Positions 1 to 9,428 of a stretch of DNA of 64,000 nucleotides are shown here, piece by piece. Location of the stretch: contig CAWJDT010000001.1 in assembly GCA_963841735.1 (NCBI GenBank), forward strand, positions 1,708,514 to 1,772,513, written 5' to 3'. The notes beneath the pieces were generated by a model. It searched no databases and had not been told where the DNA came from. It saw only the letters and a list, made by a program, of their open reading frames with translations. A program made the position numbers and the translations under genes. Origin of the DNA: an uncultured Actinomycetes bacterium (GTDB lineage Bacteria; Actinomycetota; Thermoleophilia; RBG-16-64-13). Position 1 is the first letter of the stretch. Every line of letters begins with the position of its first letter.

Positions 1-168
1 TCCCCGACTTCGAGTGACCAGACGGCTGCGGTGTCCGGCGAGCGGACGCCTGTCCCGCCCGATAGGGCGTTCACCGACCTGCTACCCAAGCAGGTCTGGA
101 CCGAGCCTGACGGCGGAAGCGGTGGTGCTGACGATGACACCCTGGACATACCGGCGTTTCTAAGGTAG
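1..168 (+). CDS. ftsZ: 3' end of a protein ending in an FtsZ-type C-terminal core peptide (probable ftsZ, partial)
   Basis: Frame 1 reads a low-complexity linker then ...GADDDTLDIPAFLR*, matching the conserved FtsZ C-terminal peptide D(I/V)P(A/D)FL(R/K). The gene body lies outside the window. Confidence 0.6.
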   Translation, partial: SPTSSDQTAAVSGERTPVPPDRAFTDLLPKQVWTEPDGGSGGADDDTLDIPAFLR

Positions 169-618
169 GTTCTGGCGCAGGTCCCGCTCGTAGTAGAGGC
201 TGGTCTTTTCAGCGAGGCCCAGCCTGCGGTAGAAGGCGTGGGCGCCCAGGTTCCACGACTCCGCCGATAGATAGAGCCTGCTGCAGCCGCGGGCCCGGGC
301 GATCGTCTCGGCCGACTGCAAGAGGCTTCGGCCCACGCCAGAACTGCGGTACGCTTGCGTCACGAGCACGTCCTGGAGCTCGCACACCAATCCCGCCGAC
401 CACGTGCTAAGCGAGAAGACAAGGGCGCACATGCCGATCAGACGGCCTTGGCGGTCGGCCACCAGCAGGAGGTGGTCGTCGGCGGCGAGAATGGCGGAGA
501 CCGTGGCGGTGAGGGGTTCGGCATCGGGGGGAGTGACGCCGTGGTGCGTCATGATCTCTTCCAGAAGAGAGAGTATCTGAGGCGTGTCTGAAGGTGTGGC
601 CTGTCGGTAAGCGATCAT
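160..618 (-). CDS. GNAT family N-acetyltransferase
   Basis: Acetyl-CoA motif A (V..AYRSSGVGRSLL) and N..A..FY..LG motif. Confidence 0.85.
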   Translation of the reverse strand: MIAYRQATPSDTPQILSLLEEIMTHHGVTPPDAEPLTATVSAILAADDHLLLVADRQGRLIGMCALVFSLSTWSAGLVCELQDVLVTQAYRSSGVGRSLLQSAETIARARGCSRLYLSAESWNLGAHAFYRRLGLAEKTSLYYERDLRQNLP

Positions 619-635
619 GGGTGCGAGGTTAGCAG

Positions 636-1542
636 ATGGACGTGGAGACGCTTTATCTGAACGGGAGCTTCCTGCCCCTCTCCGAGGGTCGCATCCCCGT
701 GGAAGACCGGGGCTTCGAGTTGGGCGACGGCGTGTACGAGGTGGTAAAGGTCATGAACCGCCAGGTGGTCTGGCCGGACGACCATCTGCAGCGGCTTGGA
801 CGGTCCCTGGCGGCGATCAGTCTGACTGAGGCCATCGTCGGTCACAAGCTCGAGGAGGTGCTCCCCGAACTTGTGACCCGCTCCGGGATCGAACACGGTT
901 GGGTGTATCTGCAGGTCACCAGGGGAGTCGCCGGCCGCGAGTTCGAGTTCCCCGCGAGTCCGCACCCCACGGTGCTCGCCTATGCCCGGGTCAACCCGGC
1001 GCCGACGATTGCGAAGATCCTGACCGGAACGGTGCTTCATCCCGTAGAAGACATCCGCTGGGCTCGTTGCGACATCAAGTCCACCAACCTGCTGGCGGCT
1101 GTGCTGGCCAAGGAGGAGGCGCGGAGCGCGGGGGCTCGATGAGGCGCTCTTCGTCGCTCCCGACGGGACGGTGCGGGAGGGGGGTTCGTCCAACGTGTTC
1201 GCCGTGGTGGGCGGCGTCCTGCGGACACATCCGCTCAACAACCGCATTTTGGGCGGCATCACCCGTCTGCACGGTCTGCGCATGGCCCGCGCGGCGGGCT
1301 ATAGGGTAGAGGAGCGGGCCTTCACTCTGGACGAGGTGACGTCTGATGCCGCCGTCGGATGTGAGGTCTTCACGGCCTCCACCACCAAAGACATCCTGCC
1401 CGTGGTCAGGATTGGAGCGCATTTGATCGGCAATGGGCGCCCCGGTCCGGTCACCTTGGCGCTTTTGGACATGATGCGCCGGGAGCAGGCTCTGTTCGTG
1501 GGGTTGGAGCCCCCCGCTCCGCTGGCGCTCGAGTCTCGCTGA
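636..1542 (+). pseudogene. Class IV aminotransferase (D-amino-acid/branched-chain type), frameshifted at ~1131-1135
   Basis: N-half (DRGF.LGDGVYE, HL.RL, DIKSTNLL) and C-half (EG.SSN.F, ILGGITR, STTKDILPV) are in different frames. Removing one G from the G-run gives AGLDEALF. May be a sequencing error. Confidence 0.8.
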
Positions 1543-2512
1543 CCGCCGGCGCGGCCCCCGGGGACGCGCGCACCTGGCTCTCGCCGGGAGCCTGGTGCCG
1601 CATCGTCTTTACGATGTCTATCTCCGCCGCGGTGGGGCCGTGTTTGTCGGGCCCCGGCACCTCGAGCACGAACGGGACAGTGACCAAGGCCGGATGTCGG
1701 ACCACACGGGCAAGACCTGCCCGGCCGATGAGTCCGAGCCCAGGGTTCTCGTGCCGGTCGTGCTTGGAAGCGAAGGGGGCACCCGAGTCGTTTAGATGGA
1801 CCAGCCCTACGCGCTGAAGTAGATCCAGCCGCCGGAGGTCGCCGAACAGCGACTCCACCCCTTTTGCCTGGTGTATGGAGTGCCCGGCTGCAAACAGGTG
1901 GGCGGTGTCCAGACATAGGCCCACAGACGCCGGCAATGCAGCCAGCAGGAGTGCCAAGTCCTCGAGACTGTCCCCGATGGTGGACCCCGAGCCCGAGCCG
2001 CTCTCCAAGAGCAGGGGAGGAAGCTCCCCTGGGGCCTCTCCGCCACTAGGCAGAGCGGCCAGAGTGTGGGCGGAGGCCGCGATCGCGGCGATCGCGGCGT
2101 CGGTCACCAGTATGGACGCGCGGTCGAACCCCTCACCCCGATGCGAGCCGATGTGGGTGACTACCCCAGCCGCCCCGGCCAGGGCGCCGGTCACCAGCGC
2201 GTGTGCCAGGGCTTCTACCGAGTGTCCCCTGAGTGTCTCGTCGGGAGAGGCCAGGTTGATAAGGTAGATGGAGTGAAAGAACAAGGGAAGCTTGAGTTCG
2301 CGGAGACGCGCGCCCAAGCGCTGCAACTCTGCGCGATCTGGTGGGTCCATCTGCCACCTACGGGGGTTGGAACTGAAGACCTGTACGGCTTCGGCCCCCA
2401 TGGCCAGAGCCCGGGCGGGTACCGCTGCAAATCCGCCCGCTGTGGATATCTGGCCTCCGATGAGGGGGAGGTTCGCGCTGCATCGGTCCGGCGCGCCGCT
2501 TGGTTTGGGCAT
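1451..2512 (-). CDS. nfo: Endonuclease IV (deoxyribonuclease IV, AP endonuclease 2)
   Basis: Motifs QVFSSNPR, HSIYLINLAS, H.GS, CLDTAH.FAAG, HLNDS, DRHEN.G.G, LEVP. Confidence 0.9.
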   Translation of the reverse strand: MPKPSGAPDRCSANLPLIGGQISTAGGFAAVPARALAMGAEAVQVFSSNPRRWQMDPPDRAELQRLGARLRELKLPLFFHSIYLINLASPDETLRGHSVEALAHALVTGALAGAAGVVTHIGSHRGEGFDRASILVTDAAIAAIAASAHTLAALPSGGEAPGELPPLLLESGSGSGSTIGDSLEDLALLLAALPASVGLCLDTAHLFAAGHSIHQAKGVESLFGDLRRLDLLQRVGLVHLNDSGAPFASKHDRHENPGLGLIGRAGLARVVRHPALVTVPFVLEVPGPDKHGPTAAEIDIVKTMRHQAPGESQVRASPGAAPAVSETRAPAERGAPTPRTEPAPGASCPKAPR

Positions 2513-2573
2513 GTTGGGTGAGCCCTCTCATGTCGGGTGATTTCGTCCCCTGGCGCAGAGGATATACAATCGG

Positions 2574-2650
2574 GGCGACCGGCGACCGGCGACCGGCGAC
2601 CGGCGACCGGCGACCGGCGACCGACGACCGGCGACCGGCGACCGGCGACC
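2574..2650. repeat. Tandem heptamer repeat (GGCGACC)x11, one GACGACC variant
   Basis: Read directly. Lies between divergent nfo and glycosyltransferase, just after a TACAAT -10-like hexamer (2565-2570). Confidence 0.95.
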
Positions 2651-2692
2651 GACCATCCCTAGCGCCGGCGACAAGGCCGGCAGGGGGCCAGC

Positions 2693-3998
2693 ATGAAGCG
2701 AGGCGGGGCCACGGATGAACAGGGCGGGGCCATCCCCAAGCGCGCCGTCCGCGACGGCGCCAACGCTGTCGTCCGCGGCAGCGGGGGACCAGCCGCATGT
2801 GCCCGCATCACTCCCGGCGCGGCGGGACTGGCCGTGTGGGCCCTCGAGCCCTATTTCGGCGGTTCGCATCGGTCGTTTCTGGAGGGTCTAGCCTGCTACT
2901 CGAGCCATGAAGTCGCTCTTCTCACCATGCCGGGGCGCAACTGGAAGTGGCGTATGCACGGAGGGGCCCTGACTCTGGCCCGGCGCGCGCTGGAACGACA
3001 TCGGGAGACGGGCGAGCCGCCTCAGGTCTTCGTGGCCTCCGACATGCTCGATCTGCCGGTTCTTTTGGCCGCCGTGACCCCGACCCTCGGGCGGATCCCT
3101 ACACTTCTCTACTTCCACGAGAATCAACTTACGTATCCCCTGCCGCCAGGAGTAGAGCGCGATCTCGGCTACGGGTTCAAGAACCTGGCCGGGGCGCTGT
3201 TGGCTGACATTGTCTTGTTCAACAGTGAGTTCCACCGGAGGGAGTTCCTAGCGGCGGCGTCCGATCTACTTGCCGCGATGCCTGACGAAGTGCCCTCCTG
3301 GGTAATGGGGGAGGTTGAAGCTCGAGCGAGCGTGCTTCCGGTGGGATGCGATCTTCGCCGTTTTGAGTGCCACCGGGCCCGGGCCCTTGCCGAGTCGGCC
3401 GGCGGACGATGGGGTGACCCGAGCAGACGGGCCCCTGCTTCTCTGGAATCAGCGCTGGGAGTACGACAAGGCGCCTGAAGAGCTGTTCCGGGCCCTATAC
3501 GAGTTGAAGGCGGCTGGGACGCCCTTCCGCCTGGCGATGGCTGGGACGAACCAGGGCACTCCCACAGCCGTCTTCTTGCGGGCCAAGGAAGAGTTGGCCG
3601 ACCATGTTGTGCAGTGGGGCAAGGTGGGGAAGGCCGCCGACTACGCCTCGCTCCTGTGGGCCGCCGATGTGGTGGTCTCCACCGCCGTCCACGAGTTCTT
3701 CGGTATCGCCGTGGTGGAAGCCATGTATTGCGGGTGTCGGCCGGTCTTGCCCAACAGGTTGAGCTACCCAGAACTGGTGCCGCGGGAGATGTACGCCGAA
3801 GTGCTCTACGAGCACACCGGGCTGGTGGCTGCGCTGGGGAGGGCATTGGCGCAGCCACGCGCCTGGCCGGAGGACTGGCAGCGCGCTTGGGTGGCCCGGT
3901 TCGACTGGGGCAGCCTGCGGACCCGCTATGATGAACACATCAGACAGTGTTGGGAGAGCGCTACGCGCCGGCGGGAACCTATGTGTCCCGGGCGGTAG
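2693..3998 (+). pseudogene. DUF3524 GT-B glycosyltransferase (GTDC1/QTMAN-like), frameshifted at ~3420
   Basis: N-part EPYFGGSH, WKWRMHG, YFHENQLTYP, FNS.FH. C-part in another frame: WNQRWEYDK.P, HEFFG.AVVEA, P.RLSYPE. One extra base near 3421-3422. Confidence 0.8.
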
Positions 3999-4018
3999 CC
4001 GGACGGAGGAAGATAACA

Positions 4019-5395
4019 GTGGACGGGCTCTCGCTTGATATTGGGCGCTGTATGGCGGGCGCGGCGGGGATGAAAGGGCTGACCCCCGAGTTGCAGGCCG
4101 ACTTGGCCCCGCGGCTCGAAGAGGCCCGCAGGGCGCTGCTGGCCAGGGCGGGCACCGGCATGCTGGGTTGGACGGATTTGCCACTGCAGGATCCCAAACA
4201 GTACCTGGATTTTGCGGACTCCGCAGCGGGTGGCTACGAGTGTCTTCTGGTCATCGGGATCGGGGGGTCGGCTCTCGGGGCGACGGCGCTGGCGACCGCG
4301 CTCCTGCCCTTCTTCTGGAATGAGCTGAGCCCGGAAGAACGCAGGGGGCGTCCGCGCCTATATGTGCTCGACAACGTCGACCCCGACGAGATGGCCGCTC
4401 TGCTTGGGCGCTTGGATGCGAAGCGCGCATTGGTGAATGTGATCTCCAAATCGGGTAGTACGGGCGAATCTATGGCTGGGTACCTGGTGACCAAAGAGTG
4501 TCTGGAGGCGGCCGTAGGCGCAACCGCGCTCAAAGAGCATCTCGTGTTCACCACCGATCCGGCAAAGGGGACGTTGCGCCCCATCGGTGACGCGCTGGGT
4601 GTGCCCATGTTCGATCTTCCGGCGGGAGTGGGCGGACGTTTCTCGGTGCTTTCGGCGGTGGGGCTGCTGCCGGCGGCCCTCACCGGTATGGACGTCGCGG
4701 CGTTGCTCGCGGGCGCTCGGGACATGGCCGAGACCATCGCGCATACTGAGGCGTGGGACAACCCCGCGTGCGTCTTTGCGGGCGTGCACTATCTCCAAGA
4801 CACAGCCCTGGGGCGACGGGTGAGCGTGATGATGCCGTATTCGGCTCGGCTGCGGGATGTGGCCGACTGGTACAGGCAACTCTGGGCGGAGAGCCTGGGC
4901 AAAGCCGTGGACCGGCAGGGCAAGATCGTGCATACGGGCCCGCTACCGGTTAAAGCGCTCGGGGTCACCGACCAACATTCCCAACTACAACTCTATGCGG
5001 AGGGGCCGGACGATAAGGTGTTCACCTTCCTCGGCGTGGGGGAGTTCTCCGAGGAGATGCTCATTCCTGCCCCGGGACCGGAGGCGGCGTCGCTTGCCTA
5101 CCTGGGCGGCCACACTGTGGCCGAGTTGATGTGGGCGGAACAGAAATCCACCGCGTGGGCTCTGGCCGAGAAGGGCCGGCCGTCGCTCACCATCACTCTG
5201 CCCCGGGCGGATGCCTATTCCCTAGGGGGGCTTCTCTACATGCTCGAGATGGCCACCGCTGTGGCGGGGGAGTTGTATGACGTCGATGCCTTCGACCAGC
5301 CGGGGGTGGAGCTCAGCAAGGAAGCCACGTACGCTCTAATGGGGCGGCCCGGCTACGAGGCTCTGGCCAAGGAGATAGGCGGGGGCGACCAGTAG
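4019..5395 (+). CDS. pgi: Glucose-6-phosphate isomerase
   Basis: GIGGSALG, SKSGSTGE, GGRFSV, QLWAESLGK, DQHSQLQ, FDQPGVELSK. GTG start after GGAGGA. Confidence 0.95.
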   Translation: MDGLSLDIGRCMAGAAGMKGLTPELQADLAPRLEEARRALLARAGTGMLGWTDLPLQDPKQYLDFADSAAGGYECLLVIGIGGSALGATALATALLPFFWNELSPEERRGRPRLYVLDNVDPDEMAALLGRLDAKRALVNVISKSGSTGESMAGYLVTKECLEAAVGATALKEHLVFTTDPAKGTLRPIGDALGVPMFDLPAGVGGRFSVLSAVGLLPAALTGMDVAALLAGARDMAETIAHTEAWDNPACVFAGVHYLQDTALGRRVSVMMPYSARLRDVADWYRQLWAESLGKAVDRQGKIVHTGPLPVKALGVTDQHSQLQLYAEGPDDKVFTFLGVGEFSEEMLIPAPGPEAASLAYLGGHTVAELMWAEQKSTAWALAEKGRPSLTITLPRADAYSLGGLLYMLEMATAVAGELYDVDAFDQPGVELSKEATYALMGRPGYEALAKEIGGGDQ

Positions 5396-5446
5396 GAGAC
5401 GAGGTCGCGCCCGGCGCCTGCGCAGGCGCCGTTCCCCAACAGAGGA

Positions 5447-5511
5447 GAGGCACCCACGTGCCCTCGCGAAAGCTCGCACTGCGCTGTTTCGCGAGGGCAC
5501 GTGGGTGCCTC
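5447..5511. repeat. Perfect 25-bp inverted repeat with 15-nt loop (terminator-like or REP-like hairpin)
   Basis: GAGGCACCCACGTGCCCTCGCGAAA (5447-5471) and its exact reverse complement (5487-5511). A second perfect 20-bp palindrome is at 5412-5431. Confidence 0.85.
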
Positions 5512-5517
5512 GACCCC

Positions 5518-5546
5518 TTGGCGCCGAACATATGTGTGGCTATGCT
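5518..5546 (+). promoter_or_regulatory. Sigma-A-type promoter of dinB with a LexA (Cheo-box)-like site in the spacer
   Basis: TTGGCG-17bp-TATGCT. CGAAC-ATAT-GTGTG at 5525-5538 resembles CGAAC-N4-GTTCG. The ATG starts 7 nt after the -10. Confidence 0.55.
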
Positions 5547-5553
5547 GAGGGCT

Positions 5554-6768
5554 ATGGACGCGCGGGAGCATATCGTTCGGCCGCGGGCCGCTCACCGGGT
5601 CATCGCCCACCTTGACTTCGACGCCTTCTTCGCCGCGGTGGAGGAGAATCGCGACCCCTCGCTGCGGGGCAAGCCGGTCATCGTCGGGGGTGGCGAGCGG
5701 GGAGTGGTGTCCACCGCCAACTACGTGGCCCGGCGGTACGGCGTCCATTCGGCCATGCCGCTCCGCACCGCCAGGCGCCTCTGCCCGCACGGGGTGTATC
5801 TCACCGGGCATCATCAGCTCTACTACGAATACTCCCGCAGGCTCATGGCTATGTTGGATGAGTACTCTCCACTCGTGGAGAAGATGAGCCTAGACGAGGC
5901 CTACGTGGACCTTACCGGCACAGAGGGGCTGTTCGGTCCCCCGGTGGAGACGGCCCGGCTCATTCAGCGCCGGGTGGTCGATGAGCTCGACTTAAGCATC
6001 TCTGTCGGGGTGGCCGCCAACAAGCTACTGGCCAAGGTGGCTTCCGACTACGATAAGCCTGGAGGCTTTACCGTGATCCCCCTGGGCAAGGAGGCGGAGT
6101 TTCTAGCGCCGCTACCGGTGGAGCGCCTTCCTGGAGTAGGTCCGGCCCTGCTTGCCCAACTGCGAGACAGGGGGGTAGTCACTGTGGGTGATCTGGCTCA
6201 GGTTCCGCCCCATCTTCTGCGACTGTCGTTCGGGGAGATGGGGGAGATGCTCGCTCACCGGGCCAGGGGCGAGGATCTGGGCCGGGTGGCTCCGCGAGAG
6301 GAGGTCAAGTCCATCTCTCGCGAGCACACCTTCGACGAGGACGTTTCCGATATGGGCATCATCGAGTCGACCCTGGTGGCGCTCACCGAGGACGTATGCC
6401 GGCGCCTCCGGCGCAGACGCCTGGAGGCACGCACGGTGACGGTCAAGATCCGCTACGCCGACTTTGTCACCCACACCTGTTCCCACACTCTGAACCGGCC
6501 CATGGATGTGGACGAAGTCCTTTTCGAGGAGGCTCTGGCTCTCTTCCGGCAGGGTCGGCGGCGGCGCTACCATCTGCGTTTGGTGGGGGTGGGACTCACC
6601 AACCTGGCGCCCCGTGCTTGGCAGGACGACCTTTTCGACCAAGAACTGCCCCTCCTGCGCGAGCTGGACCTCAAGCTGGACACCATTCGCGAGAAGTACG
6701 GCAAAGATGCGGTTCGACGGGGGGCGGCACTGCCCCGTGACGATCACTGCGATTCGAGCCGGGGCTAG
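5554..6768 (+). CDS. dinB: DNA polymerase IV (Y family)
   Basis: HLDFDAFFAAVE, STANY.AR.YGV.SAMP, SLDEAY.D, NKLLAK.ASD..KP. Confidence 0.95.
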   Translation: MDAREHIVRPRAAHRVIAHLDFDAFFAAVEENRDPSLRGKPVIVGGGERGVVSTANYVARRYGVHSAMPLRTARRLCPHGVYLTGHHQLYYEYSRRLMAMLDEYSPLVEKMSLDEAYVDLTGTEGLFGPPVETARLIQRRVVDELDLSISVGVAANKLLAKVASDYDKPGGFTVIPLGKEAEFLAPLPVERLPGVGPALLAQLRDRGVVTVGDLAQVPPHLLRLSFGEMGEMLAHRARGEDLGRVAPREEVKSISREHTFDEDVSDMGIIESTLVALTEDVCRRLRRRRLEARTVTVKIRYADFVTHTCSHTLNRPMDVDEVLFEEALALFRQGRRRRYHLRLVGVGLTNLAPRAWQDDLFDQELPLLRELDLKLDTIREKYGKDAVRRGAALPRDDHCDSSRG

Positions 6769-6811
6769 GACCTTCCGCGGCCGGGTGGCAGCCCCCGATG
6801 GGGCCGGGCGG

Positions 6812-7598
6812 CTATGGGGTCTGCTCGAAGACGCGTACCTCAGAGAGGGCTGTATCCTCCCACTGATCGCCCTCGTAGACCGAGACGATGGTCAGTTTCA
6901 CCCAATCTACCGCCTCGGTGGTTCCCGGCTTGATGCTCTGAGGCTCCGTGGAATCGGCCAGGTCGATTAGCTCGCTCATCCCGTTGGAGTATTCCACCTT
7001 GACGGCCTTGACCCGGGGATTGCCCTGGAAGCGCTCCTCATCTTTCTGACAACCGTTTGCAATCTCGATGCGTGCGATCGTCACTGGTCGGGAGAAATCG
7101 AAGCGCACCCACTCGCCCAGGCCGGGGCCGGCGGCCCCCTCCTCCCACGCGGTGGTGAGATCTCCGTCGATTAGATTGGTGGCCCGATAGCTGTTGGTCG
7201 AAGTGGCCTTGAGCGCCGAGGAAGCGTCCGCGGCTGTGGGGCGTACCTGGATGGGGGCCAATGTGGTCGATGTATCGCTATCGGGGTTGTCGGAAATTTG
7301 GGAGGAAGTCGTCCCGATGGTGGCCGGGGTACCCACCTGCCCTGCGTAGGGTTCGATGTTCTCTGTGGTCTGTAGCGAGCCGTGGATGATAAGGCCCAGC
7401 GTGATGGTGAGCACCGTCAAGCCAAGCAGGAGAGCGATGCCCATGGCGACCCCGGCGGCCGTGACCCGCGTGCGTCTGCGCCTAGATCCTCCGTGGAGTC
7501 GGTCCGTACAGAGACGCCCCACAGCGGCCGCAGAACAGGGCCCGGGGCTCGTTCAGCGCCCGGCATTCGTTGCATCTGATGAATCTGTCTTCGCTCAC
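6812..7598 (-). pseudogene. Zinc-ribbon + TM + discoidin/NADase-type glycan-binding domain membrane protein, frameshifted at ~7495
   Basis: GTG at 7598 gives CNEC...FCGRCG. After removing one C the frame continues into HGGSRRRR, a TM helix and a domain with NLIDGD.TTAW.EG..G.G.GEW. Confidence 0.65.
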
Positions 7599-7799
7599 GT
7601 CAGCGTGCGGTCCCTCAGATGGCCAAATCTCATTAAAGCCCCCTTCGCAAGTCATTATGGCAAAATGACGGAGTTTTCCCCAACATTGTTCACGCAGGCT
7701 TGTGTTCCTGCTTGCCTTGCCTGTCCGCGGTGGGGTCAGGACGGCCCTCTGATAGAATCTGAACGTCCGTCCCATGTGAGCGCCCGCGGAGAGTGAGCG

Positions 7800-8684
7800 A
7801 TGGCTGATCTCGACAATGTCAAGGAATCCAAGAACTATTATCTCGATATCCCGCAGAAGAACCAGGCCTTCTTCGTGAAGGGCTCCGGTGCGCTTGACTG
7901 GGGCATGCAGAATCGTCTTGCCCGTATCTTTCGGCCCGAGTCGGGCCGCACAGTCATGCTGGCCGTGGATCACGGTTACTTCCAGGGTCCCACCTCCGGC
8001 TTGGAGCGGGTGGACGTCAACATCGTCCCGTTGGCTCCCTATGCCGACGCCCTCATGCTCACCCGGGGAATCCTGCGCAGCGTGGTGCCGCCCGCCTACA
8101 ACAAGGGCGTGGTGCTGCGTGCCAGCGGCGGGCCCAGCATCCTCAAGGAGCTCTCCAACGAGCAACTGGCCCTGGACATCGAAGACGCCCTGCGACTGAA
8201 CGCCGCGGCCATGGCGGTGCAGGTGTTCATCGGAGGCGAGTACGAGACTCAGTCCATTCACAACCTGACGCGGCTGGTGGACATGGGCAACCGGCACGGC
8301 ATGCCCGTGCTGGGAGTCACCGCTGTTGGCAAGAGTATGACCCGCGATGCCCGCTACTTCCGGCTGGCGTGCCGTATCGCCGCCGAACTGGGGGCGCATT
8401 TCGTCAAGACCTACTACGTGGACGAGGATTTCGAGACCATCACTTCCTCGTGCCCGGTGCCCATCGTCATGGCCGGGGGCAAGAAGCTCCCCGAACTCGA
8501 GGCTCTGACCATGGCCTACAAGGCGATCAGCGAAGGAGCCTCTGGGGTCGACATGGGCCGCAATATCTTCCAGTCGGAGGCTCCATTCGCCATGATACAG
8601 GCGGTAAGTAAGGTGGTGCACGAGTCCATGAAGCCCCAAGAAGCTTACGAGCTTTATTTGACCCTGAAGAGCGAGAAGAAGTAG
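7800..8684 (+). CDS. lsrF: LsrF-type class I aldolase-fold thiolase (3-hydroxy-5-phosphonooxypentane-2,4-dione thiolase)
   Basis: [56 protein letters not shown]. Confidence 0.9.
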   Translation: MADLDNVKESKNYYLDIPQKNQAFFVKGSGALDWGMQNRLARIFRPESGRTVMLAVDHGYFQGPTSGLERVDVNIVPLAPYADALMLTRGILRSVVPPAYNKGVVLRASGGPSILKELSNEQLALDIEDALRLNAAAMAVQVFIGGEYETQSIHNLTRLVDMGNRHGMPVLGVTAVGKSMTRDARYFRLACRIAAELGAHFVKTYYVDEDFETITSSCPVPIVMAGGKKLPELEALTMAYKAISEGASGVDMGRNIFQSEAPFAMIQAVSKVVHESMKPQEAYELYLTLKSEKK

Positions 8685-8690
8685 ATCGGA

Positions 8691-9428
8691 GTGGAAGGCG
8701 GCCCGGTGAGCGGCGCACCAAGCACTACCCTCGCCAGGCTGCGGGCGCTCTGTCCCACGGTGAGCGTGGGGATCCTCAGCGCCGATCTCATGGACTTGGG
8801 CTCGGAGCTGGCGCTCTTGGAGCAGGCCGGGGTGGGGGTGGTGCACGTGGACGTGATGGACGGTTGCTTCTGTCCGCAACTTACCGTTGGAGCCGTCTAT
8901 GTGAAGGGGCTGCGCACTCCGCTGCTCAAGGACGTGCACCTCATGGTGCAGGAGCCGCTGGATTACCTTGCCGACTACGTGGCTGCCGGCGCCGATATAG
9001 TCACGGTGCACATTGAGGCGGCGGTGCATATCCATAGGGTGCTGCAGCGCCTCGGGGGCATGGAACACAGCGCCGGGCCCGGCCGGGGGATTGTTCGGGG
9101 GCTGGCGCTCAACCCAGGTACCCCGCTGGAATGGCTGACGCCGCCCCTGCTGGATGAGCTGGATATGATCTCGCTTCTGGGCATCGATCCGGGCTGGAGT
9201 GGGCAGAAGTTTGCTCCCCGCACGCTGGAGCGGGTAGCCCGGGTGAAGGAGATGGCGGAGGCCTCCGGCAAGGACATCCTGGTATGCGTTGACGGAGGCA
9301 TCACGCGTGACAACATCGCCGCGGTGGCGGCGGCCGGCGCCGATCTGGTCGCGGCCGGCAGCGCGGTCTTCGATGGCCAAGCGGCCGCTGCGAACGCCCA
9401 CTACGTGCTTGAGGCGGTGCGGGGCTGA
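8691..9428 (+). CDS. Ribulose-phosphate 3-epimerase family protein (LsrE-like)
   Basis: HVDVMDG.F.P.LT.G, DVHLMV, TVH.E, LNPGTP, VDGGI, AGSA.F. Confidence 0.85.
   Translation: MEGGPVSGAPSTTLARLRALCPTVSVGILSADLMDLGSELALLEQAGVGVVHVDVMDGCFCPQLTVGAVYVKGLRTPLLKDVHLMVQEPLDYLADYVAAGADIVTVHIEAAVHIHRVLQRLGGMEHSAGPGRGIVRGLALNPGTPLEWLTPPLLDELDMISLLGIDPGWSGQKFAPRTLERVARVKEMAEASGKDILVCVDGGITRDNIAAVAAAGADLVAAGSAVFDGQAAAANAHYVLEAVRG

Noticed and set aside
1140-1142. TGA in the aminotransferase as a possible selenocysteine/readthrough codon
   Set aside because: The protein continues in a different frame, so this is a frameshift and not in-frame recoding.
2574-2650. Repeat array as CRISPR, or the ORFs through it (ATGDRRP/VAGRRSP repeats) as proteins
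   Set aside because: There are no spacers, the unit is 7 bp and no cas genes are present. The ORFs are just translations of the repeat.
7482-9401. 639-aa minus-strand ORF
   Set aside because: Antisense shadow of lsrF/epimerase in high-GC DNA. Only its last ~38 codons are the real zinc-ribbon N-terminus.
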